Origin: Thermoleophilia bacterium
GTDB taxonomy: Bacteria; Actinomycetota; Thermoleophilia; Gaiellales; Gaiellaceae
Assembly (NCBI GenBank): GCA_041393535.1
Contig: JAWKJY010000010.1
Location: 50,363 to 114,362 of the forward strand
Direction of reading: 5' to 3'
Length of the DNA: 64,000 bases
The notes below the pieces were generated by a model, which made no database searches, had not been told where the DNA came from, and worked only from the letters and a program-made list of their open reading frames with translations. Shown here in pieces: positions 62,936 to 64,000 of the stretch. A program made the translations under genes and the position numbers. Numbering within the stretch: position 1 is the first letter of the stretch; every line of letters starts with the position of its first letter.

Positions 62936-64000
62936 TCAGGCCGCCTCGACGTGGAACATCCCGACCAGGCGCTCGAGCTCCGCTGCGGTCTTCGCGAGGC
63001 CGCGCGCGTCGTCGAGGATCCGGTCGGTCGTCGCGGAGGTGCGCTGGCTCGACGCCGCGACCTCCTCGGTTGCCGCCGTGGTCTGCTGCGAGACGGCGGC
63101 CACGTCGAGCATCTCGCTCTGGACGCGGCCCGCGAGCTCGCTCGCATCGGCGGCGCGGCCGACGATCGCCGACACGCGGTCCGCCATGTCGCGGACGGCG
63201 TCGCCGATCCGCAGGAAGGTGTCGCGCGTCTCGGCGACGACGTGCTCGCCCTGCTCCGCCTGGCCGACGCCGCGCTCGACCACGTCGACCGCGCGGGTCG
63301 TCTCGTCCTGGATCTCGCCGGCGAGCGTGGCGATCGCCGAGGCGGCCTCCTGGGACTCCTCGGCGAGCTTGCGCACCTCGTCCGCGACGACGGCGAAGCC
63401 GGTGCCGTGCTCGCCCGCGCGCGCCGCCTCGATCGCGGCGTTCAGCGCGAGCAGGTTCGTCTGGTCGGCGATCGCGGTGATCGTCTGGACGATCTCGGCG
63501 ATCCGCGCGGAGCGCTCCCCGAGGGCCCGGATCGCGTCGGTCACCTCGCCCGTCGAGGCGCGCACGGCCGACACGGCCTCGGTGGCCCGGAGGGCGGACT
63601 CCACGCCCTCGTCGATCACCTGGCAGGTGGACGCCGCCACATCGGCCGTCTCGGCGGCGCTCTCGTTCGAGCGGGCGACGGCCTCGGCGACGGCCACGGC
63701 CTGCTCCTTCGCCGTGTCGAGCAGCCCGACCTGGCGGATCGCGCCGTCCTGCACGTCGCTCATCGCGGCGGCGATGTCCCGGACGGCCGCGCCGGCCTGG
63801 TCGGCCGACTGCTCCATCGTGCGCGAGGCCGCGGCGAGCGCGGTCGACGCGCCCGCGACCTCGCGCACGATCAGGCGCAGGCGCTCGCACATCGTCTGCA
63901 AGCCGTGCCCGAGGCGGTCGTCGGGGCCGAGCGGCGCCACGCTGGTCGTCAGGTCGCCCTCGGCCAGCCGCTCGGCGGCCTCGGAGAGCTCCCGAAGGCG
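62936..64000 (-). CDS. methyl-accepting chemotaxis protein, 5' end outside the window
   Basis: The frame is open to base 64000. A HAMP-like segment ([29 protein letters not shown]) precedes the ORF-track start. Tip [45 protein letters not shown]. Confidence 0.9.
   Translation of the reverse strand, partial: RLRELSEAAERLAEGDLTTSVAPLGPDDRLGHGLQTMCERLRLIVREVAGASTALAAASRTMEQSADQAGAAVRDIAAAMSDVQDGAIRQVGLLDTAKEQAVAVAEAVARSNESAAETADVAASTCQVIDEGVESALRATEAVSAVRASTGEVTDAIRALGERSARIAEIVQTITAIADQTNLLALNAAIEAARAGEHGTGFAVVADEVRKLAEESQEAASAIATLAGEIQDETTRAVDVVERGVGQAEQGEHVVAETRDTFLRIGDAVRDMADRVSAIVGRAADASELAGRVQSEMLDVAAVSQQTTAATEEVAASSQRTSATTDRILDDARGLAKTAAELERLVGMFHVEAA

Overview
The window is very GC-rich (about 70% or more by eye) with strong third-position GC bias, which produces many long spurious Arg/Pro/Ala-rich ORFs in wrong frames. 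Gene content (whiA, a uvrC...whiA-gap-pgk neighbourhood, a HemQ/ChdC-type gene, Bcp, an ECF sigma with a ZAS motif) points to an actinobacterium. A flagellated Thermoleophilia-like organism such as Conexibacter is a guess only.

Bases 1-22,100 carry housekeeping and accessory genes:
- MMPL transporter, Nei glycosylase, ECF sigma fused to a ZAS domain
- pgk, gap, whiA, ogt, uvrC
- a secreted protein made almost only of RTX repeats
- a disrupted HemQ-like gene, bcp, an enolase-superfamily enzyme, tRNA-Leu(CAG)
- a disrupted S8 protease and a disrupted M20 amidohydrolase

Bases 22,100-64,000 are one large motility super-cluster:
- a histidine kinase with two tandem response regulator/HD-GYP genes
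- a FlhX-like plus FliK-like pair
- flgF/G-flgJ(N)-flgN-flgK-flgL-fliW-csrA-flagellin
- a 3.7-kb cassette (hydratase, REC-GGDEF, signal-less CHAP hydrolase, lipoprotein) bounded by a second, inverted flagellin
- fliO-P-Q-R-flhB-flhA-flhF followed by two YcgR-like PilZ genes
- fliA (sigma-28)
- fliJ-SLT-fliK-flgD-flgE-flbD-motA-motB-fliL-fliN
- two canonical MCPs

No flgH/flgI were seen, which fits a monoderm envelope.

Main observations:
1. A soluble chemoreceptor signalling domain is fused to a complete cobalamin-binding domain and translationally coupled to a URO-D/MtaA-like methyltransferase. The pair sits in a 5.5-kb block that splits the fliN | fliO junction.
2. A hand-found promoter-like motif, CTCAAN-N14/15-GYCGAYNA (sigma-28 type), occurs six times. 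Each copy is intergenic and correctly oriented upstream of a flagellar operon or of the GGDEF gene. Neither flagellin gene has it.
3. c-di-GMP parts (PilZ x2, GGDEF, HD-GYP x2) are embedded in the cluster, and flhG and fliM are missing from their usual positions.
4. There are three intergenic repeat/motif families.
5. Frameshifts cluster in several otherwise well-conserved genes. Assembly indels and real pseudogenes cannot be told apart from this sequence.

All coordinates and frames were worked out by hand from the sequence and the ORF track. No searches were run.
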